This document shows, one piece after another, positions 9,318-19,862 of a DNA stretch of 64,000 bases. The translations under genes and the position numbers were made by a program. The notes beneath the pieces are model-generated. The model saw nothing but the letters and a program-made list of their open reading frames with translations, ran no database searches and was not told where the DNA came from. The first letter of the stretch is position 1. Each line of letters opens with the position of its first letter. The stretch covers positions 33,108 to 97,107 of the forward strand of contig JAWLBX010000007.1 of NCBI GenBank assembly GCA_041687435.1, given 5' to 3'. Source of the DNA: Alphaproteobacteria bacterium. GTDB taxonomy: Bacteria > Pseudomonadota > Alphaproteobacteria > Bin95.

Positions 9318-10952
9318 ATGTCAGATCAGCCCAATCCGGCAGCCACGGTCGACGCCGTAATTGTCGGCGCCGGGTTTTCCGGCCTTTACCTGCTGCACCG
9401 CTGCCGCAAGGCCGGCATCTCTACCCGCTGTTTCGAGCGTGGTGATGGGGTTGGCGGCACGTGGTACTGGAACCGCTATCCCGGCGCGCGGTGCGATGTC
9501 GAGAGCATGCAATATTCCTATGGTTTCGATAACGACCTGCAGCAGGAATGGGATTGGCCGGAGAAGTTTTCGGCCCAGCCCGACATCATGGCCTATGCCA
9601 ATCACGTCGCCGACCGGTTCGACCTGAAACGCGATATCGATTTCGAGACGGAGGTCCGCGCCGCCCACTATGACGAAGCCAAGCGGCTTTGGCAGATCGA
9701 AACCGGCACCGGAGAGCGCGTCAACGCCAAGTATTTCATCATGGCAACCGGCTGCATTTCCACCGCACAAATCCCGAAATTCGAGGGGCTGGCGGACTAC
9801 AAGGGCAAGACCTATCACACTGGAGCCTGGCCGCACGAAACGGTGAGCTTCAAAGGGCAGCGGGTGGCGGTGATCGGCACCGGGTCATCCGGCATTCAGG
9901 CTATCCCGGTGATCGCGCAGGAAGCGGATCATCTGACAGTATTCCAGCGTCAGGCAAATTTCTCCATTCCCTCCCGCAATCACCCGATGACAGCGGATTA
10001 TGCGCAGTCCTGGAAACAGGACTATCCAGAAAAACGCCAGGAAATGCGGTACATGCCGAACGGCGTGCTGCGCGAATTGAACGATCAGTCGACGCTGGCG
10101 GTCAGCGAGGAGGAGCGCAATCGGGTCTATGAGGAGCGTTGGAAGATAGGCGGTTCCGGGTTCCTGGGGGCGTTCAACGACATCCTCACCAACAAGGAAG
10201 CCAACGACACGATGGCGGAGTTCGTGCGCAACAAAATTCGTGCCACCGTAAAGGATCCGGTAACGGCGGAAATCCTGTGCCCGAAGACCCACCCGATCGG
10301 CACCAAACGGCTCTGTGTCGATACCGGATATTATGAGACCTACAACCGGGACAATGTCGAACTGGTCGATGTCAGCCAGACACCGATCGAGCGCCTGACC
10401 GAAAAAGGATTGATCGTCAACGGCCGGCAGTTTGAATTCGATGCCATCGTGTTCGCGACCGGCTTCGACGCGATGACAGGCACGCTGTTCAATGTCGATA
10501 TCCGCGGCCGCAACGGCTTGGCGTTGAAAGACAAATGGTATGCCGGGCCACGCACTTATCTGGGCCTGATGACTGAGGGTTTCCCAAACCTGTTCATGGT
10601 CACTGCACCAGGCAGCCCGTCGGTCAAGAGCAACATGATCACCTCCATCGAACAGCATGTCGACCTGGTGGCAGACACCCTGATTCACATGCGCGATCAC
10701 CGGTTGGAGGTGATGGAGCCGGACTTGGAGGCGGAAAACGAGTGGGTCGACCATGTGCAGGAGGTTGCCTACAAGACATTGTTTCCGCAGGCAAACTCCT
10801 GGTACATGGGCGCCAATATTCCCGGCAAGCCGCGCCTGTTCATGCCCTATATCGCTGGCGTCGGCGCCTATCGCAGGATTTGCGAGCAGGTCGTGGCGGA
10901 TGGCTATCGCGGCTTCCGCTTCGAGGCAGCGCAAGCGCTTGCGGCTGAATAA
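9318..10952 (+). CDS. Baeyer-Villiger (type I flavin, NADPH-dependent) monooxygenase
   Basis: Motifs present are GAGFSGLY (FAD), GGTWYWNRYPGARCDVES, the BVMO fingerprint YKGKTYHTGAWP (FxGxxxHxxxW[P/D]) and a second Rossmann motif, GTGSSGIQ. ATG 9318 (MSDQPNP) follows GAGGGA. Confidence 0.9.
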   Translation: MSDQPNPAATVDAVIVGAGFSGLYLLHRCRKAGISTRCFERGDGVGGTWYWNRYPGARCDVESMQYSYGFDNDLQQEWDWPEKFSAQPDIMAYANHVADRFDLKRDIDFETEVRAAHYDEAKRLWQIETGTGERVNAKYFIMATGCISTAQIPKFEGLADYKGKTYHTGAWPHETVSFKGQRVAVIGTGSSGIQAIPVIAQEADHLTVFQRQANFSIPSRNHPMTADYAQSWKQDYPEKRQEMRYMPNGVLRELNDQSTLAVSEEERNRVYEERWKIGGSGFLGAFNDILTNKEANDTMAEFVRNKIRATVKDPVTAEILCPKTHPIGTKRLCVDTGYYETYNRDNVELVDVSQTPIERLTEKGLIVNGRQFEFDAIVFATGFDAMTGTLFNVDIRGRNGLALKDKWYAGPRTYLGLMTEGFPNLFMVTAPGSPSVKSNMITSIEQHVDLVADTLIHMRDHRLEVMEPDLEAENEWVDHVQEVAYKTLFPQANSWYMGANIPGKPRLFMPYIAGVGAYRRICEQVVADGYRGFRFEAAQALAAE

Positions 10953-11026
10953 CTTCCGCCGCCAGTTGAAGCGAACCCGGATTACGTCCGAGTCCGCAAG
11001 GCTTTTCTCAAGGCGCGCATGCCGCC

Positions 11027-12070
11027 TTAGCAGATGCGCGGCAGTTGCTCGCCGTTCGGCAAGCGCAGGCGGCGACTTGAGCCATAGGGGCTTTTAAGCA
11101 CGACGGCACCGGTTTGATCCTCGCTTACCCGGCCGATCGCGCGGGCTCCACCGAAACGGTGCATGATGGCCACCGCTTCCTGCGCTTGGTTGGCTGGCAC
11201 ATAGGCGATGAAACGACCTTCGTTCGCCACATGCATTGGGTCGAGCCCGAAAAGTTCGCAAGCATTCCGCACCGGCTCGCTGACCGGGATCGCGGCGGTT
11301 TCCACTTCGAGCGCCAATTGTATGGCCTCGGCGATCTCCACCAAGCCCGCCGTCAGACCGCCGCGGGTCAGGTCGCGCAGGCAGTGCAAATCGATCCCGT
11401 GTTCGATCAGCGCCGCTACTGTCGGCCATAATGGGGCACAGTCGCTTTCCAACGGCCGGTCGAACGAAAGGCCAGCCCGGGCGGCCATGATGGCGATGCC
11501 ATGCCGGCCGATATCACCCGACAGCAGGATGGCATCGCCGGGCTGCACCGCCTCCGGCAACGGCCGGGCCGGAGTCCGCACCCGACCAATGCCGCTGGTG
11601 GTGACGAACAGGCCATCGCCCTTGCCGCGCTCGACCACCTTGGTGTCGCCGGTAACAACCCTGGCGCCGACCGCCGCCGCGGCCGCTGCCATCGAGGCGA
11701 TTACCGTCCGCAGGTCGTTGATAGGAAAACCTTCTTCCAGGATCAGGGAAACGGCGATTTGCCAAGGTTCCGCGCCGCACATGGCCAAGTCATTGACAGC
11801 GCCATTGATGGCAAGCGTACCGATGTCTCCGCCGGGGAAAAATAGCGGCTGCACGACATGCCCATCTGTCGTGAAGGCCAAGTCACCTTCTCCACCCGGA
11901 AAGATTGCGCCATCGTGATTCTGCTCCAGAAGCGGATTGCGAAAGGCGGGCATGATAATGTCGCGGATCAGATCCTGCATCATGCGGCCGCCACCGCCAT
12001 GGGCCATTTGGATTCGGGGGATGTCCGTGTCCGATAGCGGGCAATTCAGCCCGGCTTGGTCGCCACTCAT
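11027..12070 (-). CDS. hypE: [NiFe] hydrogenase maturation protein HypE (carbamoyl dehydratase)
   Basis: PurM-like fold with the diagnostic C-terminal PRIC. ATG 12070 overlaps the hypD stop (ATGA). Confidence 0.95.
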   Translation of the reverse strand: MSGDQAGLNCPLSDTDIPRIQMAHGGGGRMMQDLIRDIIMPAFRNPLLEQNHDGAIFPGGEGDLAFTTDGHVVQPLFFPGGDIGTLAINGAVNDLAMCGAEPWQIAVSLILEEGFPINDLRTVIASMAAAAAAVGARVVTGDTKVVERGKGDGLFVTTSGIGRVRTPARPLPEAVQPGDAILLSGDIGRHGIAIMAARAGLSFDRPLESDCAPLWPTVAALIEHGIDLHCLRDLTRGGLTAGLVEIAEAIQLALEVETAAIPVSEPVRNACELFGLDPMHVANEGRFIAYVPANQAQEAVAIMHRFGGARAIGRVSEDQTGAVVLKSPYGSSRRLRLPNGEQLPRIC

Positions 12071-13167
12071 ACTGCGGCACCCTCCCATTTTCGGTAAAGG
12101 TGATAGGCTGCACAAGCTCCCTCCGACGAGACCATGGTGACGCCGAGCGGATGCTGCGGTGTGCATTCCCGTCCAAAGGCCGGGCAATCATCGGGCCTAG
12201 CCTTGCCCTGCAGCACCAGACCGGCGATGCATTGCGAACCAGCGGGCTCATGGCCGTCGACGGGGCCGAAACGGTGTTCGGCATCGAATGCCTTGAATTC
12301 CGGTCGAAGCGCCAGGCCGCTGGCTGGAATTCGGCCAAGCCCGCGCCAGTCGCGGTCAACCTGCGTGAACACCTGTTCGATGAGTTGGCGGGCGGACATG
12401 TTCCCTGCGGCAGCAACGGCCCGCTCGTAGACATTCTCCACTCTGGCCTCGCCGGCTTCCAACTGGCGGACGGCGGCAAGGACACCGGCCAGGATATCCA
12501 CGGGCTCGAACCCGGTCGCAACGATCGGCACATGGCGCGTTGCGGAAATCGGTTCGTAGGCGGAGGTGCCCATGACCGTGCAAACATGCCCCGCTGCCAA
12601 AAACCCATCGATCAGGTGGTCTGGCTCGGCCAGCAGCGCTTCAAGTGCAGGTGGCACCAGAACCTGCGCCACCAGCACGGAGAAGTTGCGCAAACCCTGG
12701 TCGTGCGCCAGCCGGACTGCCAAGGCGTTTGCGGGCGCGGTCGTTTCGAAACCGACGGCAAAGAATACGACTTCGCGATCTGGCTCCTGGCTCGCTATTC
12801 GGACGGCATCGAGCGGCGAATAAACCGGGCGCACATCCGCGCCGCTGGCCTTCATTTCCTCCAACGTGCCCGTCGTGGCAGGTACGGGCAACATGTCAGC
12901 GAAGGTGCAGAACACGACGCCCGGCTCGCCCGCAATTTCCACTGCCTTGTCCAACACCGCCGCAGGCGTGACACAGACCGGGCAGCCGGGGCCGTGCAGC
13001 AGCTTCACCCCCTCGGGCAGCAACTGGTCCAGCCCAAACCGCATGATGGCGTGGGTCTGGCCGCCGCACACCTCCATGATTGACCAGGAACGGGTAACCG
13101 TCTCGCCAATGGCCTTGGCCAGATGAGCGACGGCGTCGGGCGCGCGGAATTCGTCGCTGTACCTCAT
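12067..13167 (-). CDS. hypD: [NiFe] hydrogenase maturation protein HypD
   Basis: Contains MEVCGGQTH and [10 protein letters not shown] motifs. 366 aa. ATGA overlap with hypC. Confidence 0.95.
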   Translation of the reverse strand: MRYSDEFRAPDAVAHLAKAIGETVTRSWSIMEVCGGQTHAIMRFGLDQLLPEGVKLLHGPGCPVCVTPAAVLDKAVEIAGEPGVVFCTFADMLPVPATTGTLEEMKASGADVRPVYSPLDAVRIASQEPDREVVFFAVGFETTAPANALAVRLAHDQGLRNFSVLVAQVLVPPALEALLAEPDHLIDGFLAAGHVCTVMGTSAYEPISATRHVPIVATGFEPVDILAGVLAAVRQLEAGEARVENVYERAVAAAGNMSARQLIEQVFTQVDRDWRGLGRIPASGLALRPEFKAFDAEHRFGPVDGHEPAGSQCIAGLVLQGKARPDDCPAFGRECTPQHPLGVTMVSSEGACAAYHLYRKWEGAAV

Positions 13168-13394
13168 TCGGTGATCCCGGCGGCGTTCAAGGTTTCAAAC
13201 GTTCGCGCGGCAGCAGCCTCGTCAAGGCGGGCGATTGCGACACCGACATGGACGATAACATAGTCATAAACCACCGCATCCGGCACGAAAGCCAGGTTGA
13301 CTTCACGCACCACACCGCCGAAATCTGCGCGGCCCGTACGCTCCAATCCCTCGCCCCAGATATCGGTCAGGCGTCCGGGCACGGCCAGGCACAT
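13164..13394 (-). CDS. hypC: [NiFe] hydrogenase maturation chaperone HypC
   Basis: N-terminal MCLAVPG motif. 76 aa. Confidence 0.9.
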   Translation of the reverse strand: MCLAVPGRLTDIWGEGLERTGRADFGGVVREVNLAFVPDAVVYDYVIVHVGVAIARLDEAAAARTFETLNAAGITE

Positions 13395-13397
13395 GGT

Positions 13398-15713
13398 TCA
13401 GCCTCCCGACGCCAAGTGGCGGCGCGCAATCACGGCCTGCCCCAGCGCCAACCCGCCATCGCCCGATGGCACGCGCCGGTTGAGATAGACGCGAATTCCG
13501 TCCGCCTGGAGCAGCGCCATGGCGCGTTCGGTCAAAAGCCGGTTCTGGAAACAACCGCCGGAAAGCGCCACGGCCGGCGCGTCGAAATGGCGGGCCGCCG
13601 CGGTGATGATAGCGGCCATGGTTTCATGCAGATTCAACGCGATGACATCGACGGACAGGCCGCCGGCAAGATCGTCGGCCATGCCGCAAAGCAAGGGTTG
13701 CCAGTCGATCTCTGGCAGTGTTGCTGTGTCGCCCTGCGACAGGGTGAAGGCATAGCAACCCGGAACTGCGCCATTTTCTGCTGCAAGTCTGGCGCGGTAT
13801 TCGAGCCGCATCGCAGCCTCGCCTTCGTGCCGGTTGATGCTCGCCAGCCCCAGCAGGGCGGCGGCGGCATCGAACAAACGTCCAACACTAGAGGTACGAG
13901 GGGTGTTCAGGCCCGCCTCAAGCAGCTTCCGGAGCGATGTCTTTTCGTCAGCGCGGAGGCGCCAGGACGGCATCAGATCCGTCCGTCCGGCTTCGTGTAA
14001 CATCCCATAAAGCGCACGGCGCGGCTCCCGGATCGCCTGTTCACCGCCTGGCAGAGGGAACGCCCGCAGACGGACGACCCTTTCCCAGCCATCCGGGGTC
14101 ATCCAAATTCCCTCCCCACCCCAAACGGTACCATCGGTGCCGTAGCCGGAGCCATCCCATGCGAAGCCGAGCACGGGATCCGTCACGCCATTTTCGGCAA
14201 TCACGGAAGCAATGTGAGCCGCATGATGTTGCACCTGCACCAAGGGCAGGCCAAAACTCTCGGCTAGGTGCGTGGTAGGGTAGTCTGGGTGCCGGTCGCA
14301 GGACAGAACCTCCGCGCGGCAACCATGCAACGCTTGCAAATCCTCAAGCGCGCGGCCCAACATTTCCTCGGCAGCGATCGACTCGATGTCGCCAGTGTGC
14401 GGGCCGAGGATCGCCTCACGGCCACGCAATAGGACTGGCGCTGTCTTCATATTGCCGCCAAGGGCCAGAATTGTCGGGCCATCGGGGACCAGGTCGGTAG
14501 AAAGCGTAATGACGTCCGGTGCAAACCCTCGCCCCAGGCGCAAGACCTGCGGCACACCCGCGAACGTGCGCACCACGGAATCTTCGACCGGCCGGCGGAT
14601 GCGCCGGTTGTGCGCCAGAAAGCGGTCGGTGGCGGCCTGCAGTCGGCGCCGGGCGCTGCGGTCGTCGAACATCAGAGGCTCACCAGCACTGTTACCGCTG
14701 GTGACAGCGAGCGGCCGGTCCAGGGCATGCTGAAGCAGATGGTGGACGGGCGTATAAGGCAACATGAGCCCCAGTTCCGCACAATCCGGTGCGATCAATG
14801 CAGAAACCGGCGCGTCAGTCCGGCGTGCGGCCAACACGATTGGCGCAGCCGGGGACTCCAGCGCTTCCACATCGGCAGCGGACAGATGGCAGAGGGCATG
14901 CGCGGCCTCAATGGACGGCACCATCAGGGCCAGCGGCTTGGTTGGGCGCTGTTTGCGCCGGCGGAGCTTGGCGACTGCCGCATCCGCGGTCGCATCGGCA
15001 ACCAAGTGATAGCCGCCCAACCCCTTTACCGCCACGATCTGGCTGGCCTGGATGTCTCGCACGGCGGCATGCACGGCCTTATCGCCCTCGGCCAGGCAAT
15101 CGCCGGCCGCGTTCAGGAAATACACACCGGGGCCGCATTGCGGGCAGGCGATCGGTTCGGCGTGAAAGCGCCGGTCGCTTGGCTCCAGATATTCGCTGCC
15201 ACACTCGGCACACAGCGTAAAGTTCCGCATGGTCGTGCGCCGGCGGTCGTAAGGCAGAGCCTCCAGGATTGAAAACCGAGGACCGCAGGCCGTGCAGTTG
15301 ATCAGCGGATACCGGTACCGGCGGTCTTGTCGGTCCAGCATCTCCGCAACGCAATCGGGACATGTCGCCAAATCCGGCGGCACCCTCAGGCCAGCCAAGG
15401 CTACGGGCTCGCTTTCGAGCACCCAAAACCCCGATTCCCATGCTGGCGGCAGCGGTTCCCGGTGGATCGTGTCGATCCTTGCATTGGCGGGGGCATCGGC
15501 CGGAATGGCCTCAACAAAGGTCTCGATGACCGCCGCGGCCCCCTCCACCTCGATCCGCACACCCTCGCCGGCGTTCAACACATGGCCGGCCAAGCCCAGG
15601 GACCGGGCCAACCGGAAAACGCTTGGCCGAAAGCCAACGCCCTGCACCACACCGCGCACCGTCAAACGGACGCGGACCACTTCCAGAACCCCATTCATCG
15701 AGAGGTCGATCAT
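13398..15713 (-). CDS. hypF: Carbamoyltransferase HypF
   Basis: 771 aa. It has an acylphosphatase N-terminus (VRGVVQGVGFRP), two CxxC-x18-CxxC zinc fingers (CPDC..CTAC, CAEC..CPQC), then YrdC-like and Kae1-like regions. Confidence 0.95.
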   Translation of the reverse strand: MIDLSMNGVLEVVRVRLTVRGVVQGVGFRPSVFRLARSLGLAGHVLNAGEGVRIEVEGAAAVIETFVEAIPADAPANARIDTIHREPLPPAWESGFWVLESEPVALAGLRVPPDLATCPDCVAEMLDRQDRRYRYPLINCTACGPRFSILEALPYDRRRTTMRNFTLCAECGSEYLEPSDRRFHAEPIACPQCGPGVYFLNAAGDCLAEGDKAVHAAVRDIQASQIVAVKGLGGYHLVADATADAAVAKLRRRKQRPTKPLALMVPSIEAAHALCHLSAADVEALESPAAPIVLAARRTDAPVSALIAPDCAELGLMLPYTPVHHLLQHALDRPLAVTSGNSAGEPLMFDDRSARRRLQAATDRFLAHNRRIRRPVEDSVVRTFAGVPQVLRLGRGFAPDVITLSTDLVPDGPTILALGGNMKTAPVLLRGREAILGPHTGDIESIAAEEMLGRALEDLQALHGCRAEVLSCDRHPDYPTTHLAESFGLPLVQVQHHAAHIASVIAENGVTDPVLGFAWDGSGYGTDGTVWGGEGIWMTPDGWERVVRLRAFPLPGGEQAIREPRRALYGMLHEAGRTDLMPSWRLRADEKTSLRKLLEAGLNTPRTSSVGRLFDAAAALLGLASINRHEGEAAMRLEYRARLAAENGAVPGCYAFTLSQGDTATLPEIDWQPLLCGMADDLAGGLSVDVIALNLHETMAAIITAAARHFDAPAVALSGGCFQNRLLTERAMALLQADGIRVYLNRRVPSGDGGLALGQAVIARRHLASGG

Positions 15714-15977
15714 TCAGTCCTCCGTCTCGATGCTGCGCAACAGAATAGCCTCCGCATTGGGATCAGTGATGTCGTCCGAGGTTTCGCACGTCAGGCGCGC
15801 CCCCTCTGCCAGCGTACCGGCGGCGGCTTGGTCGAAATGTTCCTGAAAATGCGCCGGCGACATGTGCGACATCGCACCCAGCCAGACCGAAACGCCGGTA
15901 ATGCGCCGGGCGTCAGCTTCTGCTGCGAGATCCGTGATCTTGTGCATCAGATCGCGCATCAACCCAGCTTCGTGCAT
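15714..15977 (-). CDS. hypA: HypA-like nickel metallochaperone lacking the zinc-finger domain
   Basis: 87 aa. It starts [14 protein letters not shown], where MHE is the Ni-binding N-terminus of HypA/HybF, and it ends ILLRSIETED like the HypA C-terminus. There is only one Cys and no CxxC pairs. The stop abuts the hypF start. Confidence 0.65.
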   Translation of the reverse strand: MHEAGLMRDLMHKITDLAAEADARRITGVSVWLGAMSHMSPAHFQEHFDQAAAGTLAEGARLTCETSDDITDPNAEAILLRSIETED

Positions 15978-16429
15978 GTGGCTTCTCCGATCATGTGCAT
16001 GATTTCTTGGACGAGGGTTTCTGCCGCTGCCTTAACCGGATGGGACAATGGCGCGCCGGCATCGAAGCTCTCGGCCTCGACGCCGTAGACCGTCAACGCC
16101 AGCGGCAGGCAATCGATTGCGCGTGCCAGTTCGATAGCAGCGCCCAGGCCGAATCCGTGGGTCGAAACGGCACCGAACACTTCGGGCAGAGCCGTGGTTG
16201 CGGCATTGAAACGGTGGATCGTGCCGGGTTCCGTGCCACTGGCGCAGGCATCGACAACAATCACCCGTTGCCACCCTTCCCAGGCGGGCAGCAACTCGGC
16301 GGGGTCGCCCTGCAAACAGAGCGTCCCGCCTCCCGGCAGATGTTCTTGCTCCAGGCAGGCGACGACGAACGGGCCGACACCATCATCGCCGCGTTCGGGG
16401 TTGCCGATACCGATGACGAGTGGCGTCAT
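15959..16429 (-). CDS. Hydrogenase maturation endopeptidase (HyaD/HoxW family)
   Basis: Contains [16 protein letters not shown] and VVDA...G motifs. 156 aa. ATGA overlap with the large-subunit stop. Confidence 0.9.
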   Translation of the reverse strand: MTPLVIGIGNPERGDDGVGPFVVACLEQEHLPGGGTLCLQGDPAELLPAWEGWQRVIVVDACASGTEPGTIHRFNAATTALPEVFGAVSTHGFGLGAAIELARAIDCLPLALTVYGVEAESFDAGAPLSHPVKAAAETLVQEIMHMIGEATCTKLG

Positions 16430-17733
16430 GCAGCCCCCTTTTCATCGCGCTCCAGCGTCAACTGCAAAAAGTGAGTGGCGCACGAGATACAGGGGTCGTA
16501 GTTGCGAATGGTCTGTTCGCAGCGCTGGCGCAGTGCATCATCGGACAATGCCAGATTGGTCGCGATCACACCGCGCAGATCGTCCTCGATACTCGGCTGG
16601 TTCTGCGAGGTCGGCGGCACGATCTTGGCCTCGCGGATCAGCCCGTCGGCGCCTATGTCGTAGCGGTGATAAAGCAGCCCACGCGGCGCCTCGGTCGCCC
16701 AGCAGCCGCTGGCCTCGGATGGCATCACCTCGATCGCAGCAAGTTCCGGCGGCGCGTAGGCCTCGACCAGCCTTAGCGCCTCGCCAAAAGCGTAGAATAC
16801 CTCCACCAACCGCACCAGCAGGCTCTGATATGGGTTGCAGCAGACCGGGCCGAGACCCGCAGCCCTTGCCGCGGCCTGCACGTCCGCAGGCAGGCAATCG
16901 AAATTCAGGGCGTAGCGGGCGAGTGGGCCGACCAGATAGGCGCTGTCATCGGCAATCAGGTGCGAGTGGAGCGCGGTCGATTGCGGCTCATGGGATTCCG
17001 CGAAATGCTTTTCGTATGCATCGCCGGCAATATCGAGCCCGCGGGAAGAGACAATTCGGCCCGCGTTCATCGGGTATTCGTCCGCGGCGCGCAGGCTGAC
17101 GAACTGATAATCGCGCTCGAAATCCGGATAGTCGAGCCCTGCCGCCCATTGCAGCGCCTCCGCCGCGGCATCCCGGCTCCAGGCGATTTCATCGCGCAGC
17201 GCTGCTATCTCATCCCGCCTCGGCGTGCGGTAGAAGCCGCCGACCTTGACGTTGATCGGGTGAACCTCACGCCCGCCCACGGCGGCGATGATGGCGTTCC
17301 CTGCCTTTTTCATGCGCAGAGCCTGCTGCACCAACGGCGCGTTGGTCTTAGCCATCTCCACCACGCTGTCACAGCCGAGAAAATCCGGCGCATGCAGCAT
17401 AAAAACATGCAGCACGTGGCTCTGAATCCACTCGCCGCAATACAGCAGCCGGCGCAGGTCTCGCAGCGGTTGCGGCAGGCTGATGCCGCACGCAGCCTCC
17501 ATCGCATGAACAGCGCTCATTTGATAGGCGACCGGACAGATGCCGCAGATGCGCGCAGTTATATCAGGCGCTTCACGGAAGTCGCGGCCGCGCAGCAACG
17601 CTTCGAAATAGCGGGGCGGCTCGAAAATGTTGAGCTCGACATGCTCCACCTGACCGTTCGCTATGCGGGCGTGCAGCGCGCCTTCGCCTTCCACCCGGGC
17701 CAGATAATCGACCTTGATGGTGCGCTTGGTCAT
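16426..17733 (-). CDS. hyhL: [NiFe] hydrogenase large (alpha) subunit, group-3b-like
   Basis: N-terminal RICGICP and C-terminal DPCISCATH motifs, plus a 14-aa tail that would be the protease substrate. ATG 17733 ([18 protein letters not shown]) overlaps the small-subunit stop. The 534-aa version in the ORF track has a spurious extension. Confidence 0.9.
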   Translation of the reverse strand: MTKRTIKVDYLARVEGEGALHARIANGQVEHVELNIFEPPRYFEALLRGRDFREAPDITARICGICPVAYQMSAVHAMEAACGISLPQPLRDLRRLLYCGEWIQSHVLHVFMLHAPDFLGCDSVVEMAKTNAPLVQQALRMKKAGNAIIAAVGGREVHPINVKVGGFYRTPRRDEIAALRDEIAWSRDAAAEALQWAAGLDYPDFERDYQFVSLRAADEYPMNAGRIVSSRGLDIAGDAYEKHFAESHEPQSTALHSHLIADDSAYLVGPLARYALNFDCLPADVQAAARAAGLGPVCCNPYQSLLVRLVEVFYAFGEALRLVEAYAPPELAAIEVMPSEASGCWATEAPRGLLYHRYDIGADGLIREAKIVPPTSQNQPSIEDDLRGVIATNLALSDDALRQRCEQTIRNYDPCISCATHFLQLTLERDEKGAA

Positions 17734-18539
17734 GATGTCCCCTTCCCGCCCGATGCGTCGAGGCGTTCGCTTTCGGCCCGAAAGGCCGGAGCGTTGGCAT
17801 TGAAGGTACGCAAATAGCGTGCAATTTCCCCTGGCTGCATGCCATGGGCCGCCAACATGTGCGAAAGCGCCGGCATGGCCGCACCAGCGCTCGGACCAAA
17901 GCAGCCGTAACAGCCGCGGTTGTAAGCGGGGCAGATCGCACCGCAGCCCGCATGGGTGACCGGGCCAAGGCAGGGCGTGCCATGGGCGACCGCCACGCAG
18001 ACATTGCCGCGGCGCTTGCACTCCGTACAAACGCTATCGCCACTGAGAACCGGCTGTTTGCCGAAAAGGAACGCGCCCACAACCTCCAGCAACTGGTGCT
18101 TGTCCACCGGGCAGCCGCGCAATTCGAAATCAACCGCGACATGGGCGGCAATCGGGGTGGAGGTAGCCAGCGTCTCGATATAATCCGGCCGGGCATAGAC
18201 CGCGCGCGTGAATTCCTCCACATCGGCAAAATTGCGCAGCGCCTGGATGCCGCCAGCGGTGGCGCACGCGCCAATCGTCATCAGCGCCTTCGACTGCTCA
18301 CGAACATGCAGGATGCGCTCTGCATCGTGCGATGTGGTGATCGAGCCCTCGACCAGCGAGAGGTCGTAGGGGCCTTCAACAACCTTGCTCGATGCCTCCA
18401 TAAAATAGGCGATCTCCACCGCGCCGGCCAGCGAGAGCAATTCGTCCTCCAGGTCGAGGATCGAAAGCTGGCAGCCATCGCAGGAAGCAAACTTCCAGAC
18501 CGCGAGTTTTGGTTTGGTCCGCGGTGCCGTGGCCATCAT
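17730..18539 (-). CDS. hyhS: [NiFe] hydrogenase small (delta) subunit, NuoB-like
   Basis: Has the proximal-cluster motif [16 protein letters not shown], with further Cys clusters in the C-terminus. The start is at the ATG pair 18539/18536. Confidence 0.85.
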   Translation of the reverse strand: MMATAPRTKPKLAVWKFASCDGCQLSILDLEDELLSLAGAVEIAYFMEASSKVVEGPYDLSLVEGSITTSHDAERILHVREQSKALMTIGACATAGGIQALRNFADVEEFTRAVYARPDYIETLATSTPIAAHVAVDFELRGCPVDKHQLLEVVGAFLFGKQPVLSGDSVCTECKRRGNVCVAVAHGTPCLGPVTHAGCGAICPAYNRGCYGCFGPSAGAAMPALSHMLAAHGMQPGEIARYLRTFNANAPAFRAESERLDASGGKGTS

Positions 18540-18543
18540 CGCC

Positions 18544-19389
18544 TCACACCTCCGCCACGCCGAGCAGCGGCGCGATGCGATCATACCGAAACACCGGCCC
18601 CTCGCCGCAAAGGAAATGGGGCCCAAACTGGCAGTGTCCGCAACGGCTGACTGCGCATTTCATATTGCGCTCCAGAGAAAGGTGAATAGCATTGGCTGGC
18701 ATGCCGAGCCCGATCAGCGCCTCCGCCGAGTGGCGCATCATAATCTCCGGCCCGCAAACACACGCCATGGCGTTGTCCGGGTCGAACTCGGCCCGCCGAA
18801 TTTGTTGGAGAATGGTGCCGACATGCCCCGGCCAATCCGGGCTGGCATGGTCGACCGTCACGAGACACTGCACGCCCCGCATCCCTGTCCACCCTTCCAG
18901 TTCATCCCGGAACACCAGATTCTCGGGGCTGCGGGTTCCGCAGATGATCACCAAGCGGCGATAGGCTCCGCGGTTGGCAAGCGCGTGACAGATCGCCGGG
19001 CGAAGCGGCGCCAAACCAAGCCCGCCTGCCAGCAGGATCAGATCGCGGCCCCTCGCGTCCTCCAATGGCCAGGCGCTGCCATAAGGGCCGCGCAGGCCAA
19101 TGGCCGAGCCGGGCTCAAGCCCGGCCAGGATGCGGGTCACAGATCCGACTGCGCGGATGGTGTGAACCATGGTGGCGGGGGATGCAGGGTCGCCGCTGAT
19201 GCTGATCGGCACCTCCCCGACGCCAAACGTGTAAAGCATGTTGAACTGGCCGGGAGCGAAACTTTCGGTGAAACCTTGAGGCGGCGGTGACAAGGCGAAC
19301 GTGACGGTATTCGCTGTTTCCCAGCGCCGCTCCTCCACCCGCCAGACCGCGGGAACATAAGGTTCCGGATATCGCGCGACGGTGTTCAC
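18544..19389 (-). CDS. hyhG: Hydrogenase gamma subunit: FAD/NAD(P)-binding oxidoreductase with C-terminal 2Fe-2S (AsrB/PyrK-like)
   Basis: Ferredoxin-reductase-type fold ([11 protein letters not shown]) with a C-terminal [10 protein letters not shown]...C cluster. The GTG start overlaps the stop of the cNMP gene (GTGA). Confidence 0.85.
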   Translation of the reverse strand: MNTVARYPEPYVPAVWRVEERRWETANTVTFALSPPPQGFTESFAPGQFNMLYTFGVGEVPISISGDPASPATMVHTIRAVGSVTRILAGLEPGSAIGLRGPYGSAWPLEDARGRDLILLAGGLGLAPLRPAICHALANRGAYRRLVIICGTRSPENLVFRDELEGWTGMRGVQCLVTVDHASPDWPGHVGTILQQIRRAEFDPDNAMACVCGPEIMMRHSAEALIGLGMPANAIHLSLERNMKCAVSRCGHCQFGPHFLCGEGPVFRYDRIAPLLGVAEV

Positions 19390-19859
19390 GGCCTTGCCGC
19401 CTCCGGCGCATACAGGTCCAGCGCCTGCATGCGGGCATGGGTCAGCCGTTCCACCATGACGGGAACGAAGCGTTTCATCAGCTCATAGCCAAGGTGATGA
19501 TCCTGGTCACACTTTCCGCGCAGACAGACCGCATCGAAGGCAATGGCCCGCGTTACCTCCACCGCGCGCGCATCCGAGGCGCAGCGATAGGGAGGCACCA
19601 ACCAGGAGGCATTCAGGATGTCCCCCTCGCCCACTGTTTGAAATACGATGGCCTGGCCGGCGCCCGGCATCTCCAGCGCCACCTTGCCGTGGCGGATAAC
19701 GTAGAAGGCGTCGGCTGAATCTCCCTGGCGGAAAATCCACCCCCCCGGCTTGAAATGCACATTGCGGCCACACCCCGCGATCAGGGCGCAGATATCTGGC
19801 GAGAGACCTTGGAAAAACGGGTGACTGGCGACGATCCGATCGAGCGGCGTAGTTTCCAT
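19386..19859 (-). CDS. Stand-alone cyclic-nucleotide-binding domain protein (no HTH output)
   Basis: 157 aa with a cNMP beta-barrel pattern: FFQGLSPD..., [20 protein letters not shown], and a phosphate-binding-cassette-like GEGDIL...[11 protein letters not shown]. It sits between the beta and gamma subunit genes. Confidence 0.85.
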   Translation of the reverse strand: METTPLDRIVASHPFFQGLSPDICALIAGCGRNVHFKPGGWIFRQGDSADAFYVIRHGKVALEMPGAGQAIVFQTVGEGDILNASWLVPPYRCASDARAVEVTRAIAFDAVCLRGKCDQDHHLGYELMKRFVPVMVERLTHARMQALDLYAPEAARP

Positions 19860-19862
19860 GGC

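Noticed and set aside
16426-18030. Over-long versions of real genes in the ORF track:
- Hydrogenase large subunit, 534 aa.
- Tartrate dehydrogenase, 53994..55589.
- cysS, 42941..44710.
- PaaK-like, 56601..58124.
- Aminotransferase, 59852..61333.
   Set aside because: The N-terminal extensions overlap upstream genes, are Arg/Pro-rich, and precede internal ATGs that restore canonical family N-termini, often with a Shine-Dalgarno sequence or a stop/start overlap.
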